Source of the DNA: an uncultured archaeon
GTDB taxonomy: Archaea; Asgardarchaeota; Thorarchaeia; Thorarchaeales; Thorarchaeaceae
Assembly: GCA_964610875.1 (NCBI GenBank)
Contig: CAZSWP010000008.1
Span: 34,724-98,723 of the forward strand
Direction: 5' to 3'
DNA length: 64,000 nucleotides
Positions 49,809-58,963 of this stretch are shown piece by piece; positions within the stretch are counted from its first letter, which is position 1, and each line of letters opens with the position of its first letter. A program made the position numbers and the translations under genes. Under the pieces are notes generated by a model. The model was given only the letters and a program-made list of their open reading frames with translations, did no database searches and was not told the DNA's origin.

Positions 49809-52800
49809 ATGAGGATTCAAAGACCATTAGCAATCTTGCTGGTGTTGCTAGTTATGATACCAATTATGCCACCATTCTTTTCTGAAATTTTCCAAATCGA
49901 TACAGAAATTCGTGAATCCTCTAATAGAAATTCTCCAATGAAAAATGAGTTGGATTTCGAACCCCATTCTGGAAACGATTTTGCACCTGAAATGAATGAA
50001 GACTATCCTCAGATGACACTTGCTGAAGGTTCTCAATCTGGTGTTATGAATCCATTAACTGTTGAGCAACAAGGATACTACTCAACTGGTCGAATTAATG
50101 CAAGAACCGATACTGGTGCTGGCATCTCATCAGAACTCATTATCGATACGAGTAATGGCTGGCTTGGCGATTTAGCTGAGGTAAATACAACCGATTTGAC
50201 AACTATCTACGCGCTTAATGGAACTTTCAGTGACGGAGTATCGGGTGAAAATTTCAATCCTACTGAATCTAATCCTGCTCAATATGGCCCTTATGGATGG
50301 AATGCTACAAGTTATTCTACTAATTCTGGGCAAAACCAGCTTGCAGCATACGACTCTTCAGAGTTTGTAGTTGTCCAGAATGAGGGAGTGAAAACAGGTC
50401 CGTCAGAGAAATACACACATTATGCAGGCACGTATGTCTATTGGCATCAGAACATAACTAACTATCCTTCTACTAGCCAATTTAGAATAAGCTTCCGGTA
50501 CTATTATCTGCGGGGACCTATAGGTTCTGGAGCTACTGAAGGGAACACATCCCTTGTCGTGAATGCTGATGGAACTAAGATATGGGATTTTCAACTACCC
50601 TACACGCCACAAAGAAAGCAATGGTATGATGTTGATGAGTCAATAGATATCACAGGTCTGGGATCAATTTTCAACATCTCGATTGGTATAAAAATTGATG
50701 ACACTATGGACCTCAATCCCTCTGAATCATACGCTGTGACAGTGGAGAATGCTGTCTACTTCACTGTCTATATCGACGATTTCTCACTGGTTGGTAGAAA
50801 TCAACCCACACCAGATGAAGTTGATTTGAAATTCAACATAAATGGAGAAAACACTACAATTGCTGGTTCAGCAAATGACGGGTATGCGTGTTATCTGAAT
50901 TCAACTTATTGGAACCAAAGTTCAATTCCAATAAGAGTCACCTCTAATGCTACTGTCGCGTTTAACCACACTGCAAGAATGTTCTCTCATCTATTTAGCA
51001 ATTCAACAACTACCACGAATCCGGACAATGAAGGTGCAACTTATACGATAGATGCAGGTGCGAGTTCAGATATAGCCACATTCACCTATCTTGGATCCTT
51101 AGGGTCGTATGAAGAATTCAAACTGATATTTTATTATCCAGATGACTGGGAGAACGTGTCTGTTTTTGACCCGTTTCTCGATGATGTCACTTCGCAGTGC
51201 ACAATCAACACAGGCAATGTGTCTGTTCCTGCTTCTGCAATTGATGCACTTGGATGGTGGGAGATAGAAGTCAATTCGTTCAACTATGTTAGAAATATAA
51301 CTACTCAGATTCTCGATACTGACTTAGTAACTTGGTACAATGAAACTATCTTCAGACCTGGAAATAGTTCAAGAGCTGTCGCAGAGATTGGTTTAGCTAG
51401 TGTATCTCCTCCAAATGTTGACAGTGTTGATTTCACTTGGATTCTACCTAACTCTACGATTTTTACTACTGAAATAAGCTCTGCTGGAATTGATGGAGTA
51501 GTGAATAGTTCTGGACAGACTATTGATTCATCTCTTGCTGGTCCATGGTCAATAGAAGCCTTCTGGCTGAATGGAACGCAGATTGGTTATGATTCCAGAA
51601 CATTTGGCGTTGTACATCGTACATCTTTAGCGCCGATTGATACAACCATTGAAACAGAATTGGGAGCAACTGTCACTAGTCGTTTGACATACAAGGATCT
51701 TGAGACAAATACAGTCATTAAAGACGAGTCTGCCGTTCTTGAGGCTAACTGGACACCCGGTATTGTTACTTACTCCTATGATTCTCTTAGGAATTGGTGG
51801 AGCGCTGACTTAGATACTAATGACCTAGGTGCTGGTGATTTTCTTGTAAACATTTCAGCTTCTTTAGATTATTATGATGCGGCCAACTGCACTTTCTATC
51901 TTCTAATACTAAACACAACGCGACTCACATCTCCAAATTCGCCTTATACTTCTGCGAAGAGAGGTGAACTTGTAAATATCACGCTCGTGTATGAGGTATA
52001 CAGTCCTTCTCAGGACATGTGGGGCCCAATTTCAAATGGAACTGGAGAAACAGTTGCTTATGTTACTTGGGCTGCTGGATTTTGGTCAATATCAGAAACA
52101 ACAACTGATGGAGTTTATAAGCTTGGAGTGGACACATTAGCTGAGTCTGTTGGAGAGTATGAACTCAATATCACTTTTGTAACTCCCAATCATAGGACCA
52201 AACAAGTTTTGGTTTCTCTTATTGTTTCACCAGAAAGCACATCGCTTGAAATCTTTGGAGAAACTTCAGTTTTTGTGGATCTCAACGCCCCTTATGATAT
52301 TAAATTACGATTCAATGATACAAATGATATACCAATAAGTTTGGCATCAGTAAACATAAGCGATGTAAGTCCAGAATCTGGATTGGATACGACCATAGTG
52401 ACTGAAGTTAGCGGCGAACCTGGTAACTATACCGTCACTGTGACTACAACCACAGTAGGATTATACACCATTCGATTTGAAGCATCTGCACCAAATGTGC
52501 AAAATGCTACAGCAATATTTGTTATAGGTGTCAATAATGTGGAAACAGTCTTAGAGATCACAAGCGGGGCTAGTGGAGAGATTCCGCTATATTCTGATTA
52601 TCTGGCCAGTTTCTCTTTTGCGTCAATTGATGACGAACCTATCTATCCGGCTGAATTCGCCATCTTCTATTCTGGACCTTCTGGTGGTCTGTCTTACGAT
52701 AGTGCTCCAACAGATTACAATGATGGTAATTATTCCATTAGTTTCTCTGCAACAATACCTGGAAACTACTTGATTACAATCGCCGGATCGAAACAATACT

Positions 52801-55145
52801 ATCAGAGTGCTTCAGACTCATTCTTCTTATCAGTGTTGGAGATTGAAACTTTTCTTACTGTTCTAAATGGTAGTTCTGATACAATCTATTATGGTGAGAG
52901 TTACAACCTTGCTGTTGAATATCTAAATGGTACGGAAACCCCATTGAATAATGCTGATGTTGCTATAGTGAGTGTTACACCAACTATAGGTGTATCGTAT
53001 CTTGATTTCACACCCGCCACCATTGATGGAGTATATTCCATTGAACTGACTGCCATTGCTATCGGTTCATTCACTATTCTGGTCCAAGCTAATCTCACAA
53101 ATCACCAGACTAATTTTGCAACCTTTACTCTAAATGTTGCTCCAATTGGTTCGGTTCTCAAAGTCTTGAATAGCACTACTACCATAGCTATCGACCAGAA
53201 TTTCACACTCTACTTCAGCTATGAGGATTCTGACGGACTTGATTTGGAAGATGCACTCCTAGAAGTAACTAGCTCACCAGATGGACTCAGCTACTCAACG
53301 GTGGGTCAGATTGAAGGTGGCATATATTACATCACACTTGTCCCTGAAGAAATTGGGACATTTGATATTCTCTTCAGAGCATCTAAATTCAACTATCAGA
53401 ATGCTAGTGCTTCATTCACATTGCGGTCATCGAATATTCCAACTGCACTTGTTTTCACAGAAGGTGTACAATCTGGATCTATAGAATTTAGGAGCACCTA
53501 TGATCTTACTATCCAATATATTCGAACCGATTGCAATTCCAATGTGACTGGTGCTACAATTCTCCTGTCGATTTTACCGGACATTGGCCTTTCCTATAGA
53601 TTGCATGAAAATGGAGATATTTACATAATATCTCTAAGAGCTGAAAATGTTGGCCAATTCAAAATCTCAATCCTCGTTGAGAAGGATCTATATCTAGATG
53701 CTACCTCTTCATTCATTCTCGATGTTGCTCAGGTAAGCACAGCATTTAGCGCAAGCAGCCCTCCAGAAACAGTAGTATACGGCCGAACATACGAATTTCC
53801 AGTCAGTTATTCAATTGAAGCCAATGATACATTCATTTCTAATGCATCCATCAATCCAACTCAAGAGGGTAGTGAATGGATAACTTCTTCAAACGGTGGC
53901 CCTACTGAATATACAATTGTTCTTCAGGCTTTTAGTATTGGGACTTTCGAAGTTAAGATCACATTTTCAAAAGATGGTTATCAAAGCCAATCCCTAACTA
54001 TCTCTTTCAATGTAGTAAGGGTGCCGGTAGTTGCTAACCTTGTTTCAGGTACTAGTACCGTTGAAGGCACTGAATATATACTACAAGTTGAACTCAAAGA
54101 AGCTGGAACAAATACCCGCGTAAGCAATGCAACTCTCCTCTACAGGTTGCCTTTTGATGGCAGTCCTTGGGCAAAAATGACTGAAACGAATCCCGGACTT
54201 TACGTGGCTAGTGTAAGTCTACCAACATTCGTTGAGAATCCTAATATGCAAATAGAACTCAAAATGGACAAAGAAAACTATGAACTCTCAGTAACAAGAC
54301 TTGATTCAATCTTTGTAAATGAAGATGTAGTTCAGAGAATGATGCCAGTCATCACATATGGTGGAAGTGGCAGTTTTCTATTCATTCTAGCCATTGTTGC
54401 CCTTCGAATACGTTCAAAACGCAAAAGAAAGAAGCGGCTAAGAAGCATTGCTATTCGTCAACGATTCCAAGATGCACGAAACATCATCGGTTTTATTGCC
54501 ATGCATAAGGAAACCGGATTGTCATTATACTCACAGACTCTAAAGGGTGGATTTGATGAAACAATGATATCAGCTTTCATATCAGCAATCACTCTCTTTA
54601 GGTCTCAATTTGGAATGGAAGATGCTCATTGGGAGTTCCAAGTAATTCCCATCTCGGATATAATAAGTGTGGTTCCAACCAGATATTTGGTCTGTGCATT
54701 CATCACCGGAACAACTCCTTCTTCAGAATTGGAAGTGCGAATGCAAGCATTCGGTCGTGCAGCTGGAGCGATGTTTGATGAGATGTTTGCAGAGAATCCT
54801 ACCGAAGTGATTGATGAAGATACTAAACAACTATTCTATTCCCTCTTTGTTGATATTATGGACGGTGACCTTCTACGTCCTTATACACTCAAAGCCGATG
54901 CGAAGGTGCCGAGAACTATGAGTTGTCTAATCGAAACTATCCCTCGTGTTGAAGAAGATGGAACCTTCAAGTTGGACGACTTAGCAATAGAAATGACAAG
55001 ATGCGGTATTGACGAAACTGATGCCTATATTCAGGTCCTTGATGCAGTAGAGGGTGACCTCCTTGAGAAAAAGGATTTAGAAGCCGACAGAGCAACTCCA
55101 TTCATCAGTTCGGATTCGGGAGTTCCTTCACCACCTGAAGACTAG
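49809..55145 (+). CDS. Giant single-pass cell-surface protein: Ig-like repeats, TM helix, cytoplasmic longin-like + helical domain
   Basis: Signal/anchor at N-terminus. Repeated G.Y.(I/V)......G.Y.I...A beta-sandwich units with many N-x-S/T sequons. TM + RSKRKRKKR near 54340-54440, then IIGFIAMHKETGLSLYS..MISAFISAI. Start set at ATG 49809. Confidence 0.85.
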   Translation: MRIQRPLAILLVLLVMIPIMPPFFSEIFQIDTEIRESSNRNSPMKNELDFEPHSGNDFAPEMNEDYPQMTLAEGSQSGVMNPLTVEQQGYYSTGRINARTDTGAGISSELIIDTSNGWLGDLAEVNTTDLTTIYALNGTFSDGVSGENFNPTESNPAQYGPYGWNATSYSTNSGQNQLAAYDSSEFVVVQNEGVKTGPSEKYTHYAGTYVYWHQNITNYPSTSQFRISFRYYYLRGPIGSGATEGNTSLVVNADGTKIWDFQLPYTPQRKQWYDVDESIDITGLGSIFNISIGIKIDDTMDLNPSESYAVTVENAVYFTVYIDDFSLVGRNQPTPDEVDLKFNINGENTTIAGSANDGYACYLNSTYWNQSSIPIRVTSNATVAFNHTARMFSHLFSNSTTTTNPDNEGATYTIDAGASSDIATFTYLGSLGSYEEFKLIFYYPDDWENVSVFDPFLDDVTSQCTINTGNVSVPASAIDALGWWEIEVNSFNYVRNITTQILDTDLVTWYNETIFRPGNSSRAVAEIGLASVSPPNVDSVDFTWILPNSTIFTTEISSAGIDGVVNSSGQTIDSSLAGPWSIEAFWLNGTQIGYDSRTFGVVHRTSLAPIDTTIETELGATVTSRLTYKDLETNTVIKDESAVLEANWTPGIVTYSYDSLRNWWSADLDTNDLGAGDFLVNISASLDYYDAANCTFYLLILNTTRLTSPNSPYTSAKRGELVNITLVYEVYSPSQDMWGPISNGTGETVAYVTWAAGFWSISETTTDGVYKLGVDTLAESVGEYELNITFVTPNHRTKQVLVSLIVSPESTSLEIFGETSVFVDLNAPYDIKLRFNDTNDIPISLASVNISDVSPESGLDTTIVTEVSGEPGNYTVTVTTTTVGLYTIRFEASAPNVQNATAIFVIGVNNVETVLEITSGASGEIPLYSDYLASFSFASIDDEPIYPAEFAIFYSGPSGGLSYDSAPTDYNDGNYSISFSATIPGNYLITIAGSKQYYQSASDSFFLSVLEIETFLTVLNGSSDTIYYGESYNLAVEYLNGTETPLNNADVAIVSVTPTIGVSYLDFTPATIDGVYSIELTAIAIGSFTILVQANLTNHQTNFATFTLNVAPIGSVLKVLNSTTTIAIDQNFTLYFSYEDSDGLDLEDALLEVTSSPDGLSYSTVGQIEGGIYYITLVPEEIGTFDILFRASKFNYQNASASFTLRSSNIPTALVFTEGVQSGSIEFRSTYDLTIQYIRTDCNSNVTGATILLSILPDIGLSYRLHENGDIYIISLRAENVGQFKISILVEKDLYLDATSSFILDVAQVSTAFSASSPPETVVYGRTYEFPVSYSIEANDTFISNASINPTQEGSEWITSSNGGPTEYTIVLQAFSIGTFEVKITFSKDGYQSQSLTISFNVVRVPVVANLVSGTSTVEGTEYILQVELKEAGTNTRVSNATLLYRLPFDGSPWAKMTETNPGLYVASVSLPTFVENPNMQIELKMDKENYELSVTRLDSIFVNEDVVQRMMPVITYGGSGSFLFILAIVALRIRSKRKRKKRLRSIAIRQRFQDARNIIGFIAMHKETGLSLYSQTLKGGFDETMISAFISAITLFRSQFGMEDAHWEFQVIPISDIISVVPTRYLVCAFITGTTPSSELEVRMQAFGRAAGAMFDEMFAENPTEVIDEDTKQLFYSLFVDIMDGDLLRPYTLKADAKVPRTMSCLIETIPRVEEDGTFKLDDLAIEMTRCGIDETDAYIQVLDAVEGDLLEKKDLEADRATPFISSDSGVPSPPED

Positions 55146-55384
55146 CCCCTCCCTCCCCTTCGGTTCTAATGGAATGTAGAACTAGACTCCCTGAGAAACG
55201 ACTCCAAATGGTTGTTTTATTTTATTTTTCGAATAGCATACTATAATCAATACTAGAATATTATCTCTGTATTATGTGGAGAGCTTCTAGATTTGACGTA
55301 GCCTTATTAGTGAATGTGACACTGTTCCAGTAGAAACAGAGGTAAGTTGTACCACGGAAAGCGAATAAAACGGAGATGCGAAGA

Positions 55385-55534
55385 ATGGCCGAATCACAAA
55401 ATTATCCCCGCCCTTCATCAACACTGCAAAAGAACGCAGAAGTACTACATGTTCTCTATGGACTGCTTGATAGTGATAGAGATCCAACAGATGCAGATGC
55501 AAGAAGTCTGCGAGTTCTATATGCCAGCTCTTAG
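55385..55534 (+). CDS. Small hypothetical protein (49 aa), not in ORF track
   Basis: MAESQNYPRPSSTLQKNAEVLHVLYGLLDSDRDPTDADARSLRVLYASS*. SD-like GGAGATG at 55372-55378 and a downstream hairpin terminator. Confidence 0.55.
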   Translation: MAESQNYPRPSSTLQKNAEVLHVLYGLLDSDRDPTDADARSLRVLYASS

Positions 55535-55613
55535 AACATACTTACGCTCCTCATTCAACATGAGGTCTACATTCGCGTACTCCGTATGCACCTCCCGGCA
55601 GACTGAGACGCTC

Positions 55614-55653
55614 GTGAGGGCTAAAAATTTGTAGCCCTCACACCCCTGTTTTT
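55614..55653 (+). terminator. Perfect 10-bp hairpin + T-tract
   Basis: GTGAGGGCTA-N8-TAGCCCTCAC then ACCCCTGTTTTT. Confidence 0.7.
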
Positions 55654-55717
55654 AAGTTATGAATTTGATAAAATTTCTTCTAAGACTATTCTTGAAACAA
55701 TTTGAAACTAAATAACT

Positions 55718-56380
55718 CTAATTCTTGACAGTCAACATAACATTGTTTCCTTCGACCAAGTACTCGATCTTTATAGAGAAATCGCCCTTAGCTGCCGTAG
55801 AAACTGCATTCAAAACTCCTTGAGCAATGCCAACAACGAATTGTGGTGCAGTACAGTTGGTGATTAGAATCTCTTGATCGCTTTGAAGATTCGCATCACC
55901 TGACTTGTCCAGAATTGGTTTCAATTCGCTTTTAATTATGAGATTCAGTTGTGGAACGTATTTGGCACCTAATCTCAGGATTGGTTCTCTCCATTTTGTC
56001 CACATGCGGCGACCTATTGTTTCGCCAGCAATGAAGAGAGCTTCCGGACTTTTAATTCTAAAAACTAGAAGAGATACATATCTCGTAAAATCCTTGTTTG
56101 GATCTACTTCTTTCTCCAATTCTAACGCTGTCTGTTGAATAGTATTAAGGTCTAAATCATCTGATGCAACCTGTGTCGTCATATCTTCTTCGACAAGAAT
56201 GATTCTTTCAACACCACGAACCGATCCGTTTTTGTCAACGTATACCGTGACAAAATGATCTTTATGCGGCACAAGAAGGGGAACTAGTCCGGATTTTTCC
56301 AAGTCTTCCCTGTATCTTTCCAAATTAATCTCTGGTTGAAAGACCTCACCACAGACGCACTTCACGATGATCTTGACCAT
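55718..56380 (-). CDS. Putative Zn-binding N-terminal domain fused to V4R/Bet3-like domain
   Basis: KCVCG..GLVPLLVPHKDHFVTVYVDKNGSVRG, then LFIAGETIGRRM..ITNC..FVVGIAQGVL. Start set at ATG 56380. Confidence 0.6.
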   Translation of the reverse strand: MVKIIVKCVCGEVFQPEINLERYREDLEKSGLVPLLVPHKDHFVTVYVDKNGSVRGVERIILVEEDMTTQVASDDLDLNTIQQTALELEKEVDPNKDFTRYVSLLVFRIKSPEALFIAGETIGRRMWTKWREPILRLGAKYVPQLNLIIKSELKPILDKSGDANLQSDQEILITNCTAPQFVVGIAQGVLNAVSTAAKGDFSIKIEYLVEGNNVMLTVKN

Positions 56381-56480
56381 TTTTCTAACCACACTAAATA
56401 AAGTTCCAAAGACAAGCATGAACTTTTCGTTCTTGCTTGCCAAAGGAATCGGGAATCACATAGTGCTAATGTAATTCTCC

Positions 56481-57801
56481 TTATTGTTTCTTACTCTGCA
56501 TAAAAACCATGATTACTCCTAGTACTACTGCAATCCCTAATATTATGAATGAAGCTATCAACCACGTTATAGCCCAGAAGTTCAATATTAACAGATACAA
56601 AGTTAGTAGAATTGCTAATGGGAACACCAATTGAAAGAGTGGCGTTTTATATGGTCTATCAAGTGCAGGCATTTTGACTCGCAGTATAAGTGCTGTAATT
56701 CCTGCTGGAAGCATTGCTGATAGCAGAACAGCTGCTATTCCTGCTGTGGCAAAAGCATCTATCGACTGTGGCCAGATGTCCTGGGTGCCCACCATTATTC
56801 CACCTACAATCGAAACAAAAACCATTGTCATGATTGCAGGCAGATCAATACCGTACTCTTTACCAACTAATTTGCTTGGCAATACCCCGTCTTTTGCAAG
56901 GATTCTCATCTGTTTTGTACACATTCCGTAGATTGCGTATGCTGTTCCAGCTCCTGCAAAGGCACCGAAAGCAAATATGTAATTAGCTGGGATACCTGTT
57001 GAAGCTGCTAGGAATATCAATAACCCTATTGACGAATTAGAAAATGCATCTACATCTCCAATTCCAACAATTCCTGAAGCAAGGAATGAAACAACAAGAT
57101 ACAGAACCAAAATGATTGGTAATGCGATAATGATTGCTTTCGGAACAGTTTTTTCAGGTTCTTCAGACTCATCTGCAAAGACCAGCATGAGCTCAAATCC
57201 AAGTAGTGCAAATACTGTGGAGTTTACAGCATTCTGAAAACCTGCTAGATCAGGAATGGCAATTGTGGCTGGTGTCCAGCTAATGAACAGAAATGCAAAA
57301 ACACCGACTACCAACACAATCTTAGCTATTGACCATAGAAATGTGACCATTCCTACGACCTTATAGCTGGTCATATTTGACATTAGCGTGAATACTATTA
57401 TCCATATTATTGTGACAATAGTAAGATTTACCGTTGTCAGAAGCTCAAAAGTGGGGAATGATAATGCCGCCAAAGAGAACAAAGCAGTCAAGAACCCCAG
57501 AAGTGCCCCTATGATATAGTAGGAGAACATATAGAGTATTCCTGTAAATGAACCAGCTTTTCTACCAAATGCGCCTCCGACATAACTGTATGGACCACCA
57601 CCCTGTGGGAACATACTCACGCTTTCAGCATATGACAAGCCCACGCAAAACATGAGCAGCCATGCTAGGAAGACTGCTGGTAGACTCAATATGCTAGCTG
57701 AGTTTGACCACAGGAGAGAGTCCTTCCATACTCCAGTACCTATTACAGTAGTCAAGGCTAGACCTATCATACCGAATAGTGAGATTTTCTTATTCATTTC
57801 C
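56481..57801 (-). CDS. APC-family amino acid permease
   Basis: VIGTGVW, SYAE..PQGGGPYSY, FALLGFE, PEKTVPKAI, RPYKTP and about 12 TM segments. Confidence 0.9.
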
Positions 57802-58020
57802 ATAGACTCATCACCTGAATCAAATGCATAGGTTATATCCATCGCCTATATCTATTCCTAGTGTGCCTTATCCAAAATAAAACTCGAAATCTTGAATAAA
57901 AACATGAAATTATCGTTACAAAACTCTTGGAATCTATTTGTGAAAGGTTTTTGAGCATTGGTATATTACACTTCTTGGGACTATAAGCATAAACTAAATG
58001 ATTGTGGGGGGCTTCTAGAC

Positions 58021-58710
58021 ATGGATGAAAAGGATGGGGCGATATCAGAAGTTGAGCGACGTCGATGGGAACTTGAACTAAGTGCATCAATAGTCGCACA
58101 TGACTTACGAAATTACTTACAAACTATAATGCTAAAAGTAGAAGAATTGGAGTTGCAATTGGGAGATAGTACTCCTGTAGTGAAAGAATCTATTGCGACT
58201 TTGCGTTTTCATCTTGATAGAATGGGCACGCTTCTCAGATTTTTAGGATTACCTCAGGAAATGACTGACGATCCATTGGTACCTATTTTACAGCAGATTG
58301 CTGGTCAGGTTGTTGTTGAGAGTGAAGACTTGAAAATTAAATTTCATGTCGATGAAGATAATCTATCTCTAAGAGTTCATGGAGGATATCTTCTGCCAAT
58401 GGTTTTCGGAAATGTGTTTCAGAACTGTGCAGTCCATGGAGGTAATCACGTTCAGGTCGAGATTAATAAGAAGAATGATAATGCTGAGATATTGATATCC
58501 GATGATGGATCAGATATTCCTGAAAGCATCAAAAATCAATTGTTCCAACTTGGAACCTCAACGAAAGGCGGTGGTTTAGGGCTCTATCTTGCAAAATGCA
58601 TATTGGACATCCATGAGGGGTCAATAGAGTATGTTGAAACTAATTCAACAAAAGGTGCATGCTTTCGAATTCTGCTACCTTTGCTGAACACGATTCAGCA
58701 TTATCCGTAA
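58021..58710 (+). CDS. Minimal histidine kinase (HisKA + HATPase, no sensor domain)
   Basis: VAHDLRN, VFQNCAVHG, ISDDG, GGGLGLYL, GACFRILLP. Start set at ATG 58021. Confidence 0.85.
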   Translation: MDEKDGAISEVERRRWELELSASIVAHDLRNYLQTIMLKVEELELQLGDSTPVVKESIATLRFHLDRMGTLLRFLGLPQEMTDDPLVPILQQIAGQVVVESEDLKIKFHVDEDNLSLRVHGGYLLPMVFGNVFQNCAVHGGNHVQVEINKKNDNAEILISDDGSDIPESIKNQLFQLGTSTKGGGLGLYLAKCILDIHEGSIEYVETNSTKGACFRILLPLLNTIQHYP

Positions 58711-58963
58711 TGTCTATGTGTTTTACTACCAGATTATAAAAAGAGTAGCACAATTGCTATCGGTACAGTTATATCAGAAAAAAACATGGCACTGCTTAAC
58801 ATCTCTAAGGCGGGAAAGAAAGCTTCACGGTAACAAGAATTGTAAAACAAATGTCAACCAAAGAACAGGAGTACAATCTAGTTCTAAAAGCCTTAGATTC
58901 TACAGCACTAAACTTGTACAGTGAATACTCTAGCTTTCAATCTCAACAAGAGATGTCAGGAGT

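Noticed and set aside
55347-55634. 95-aa + strand ORF from the track
   Set aside because: It runs into the terminator hairpin, and the overlapping 49-aa frame has a better SD/ATG and composition.
58718-58924. 68-aa ORF upstream of metG
   Set aside because: No motifs or SD; likely the metG promoter region.
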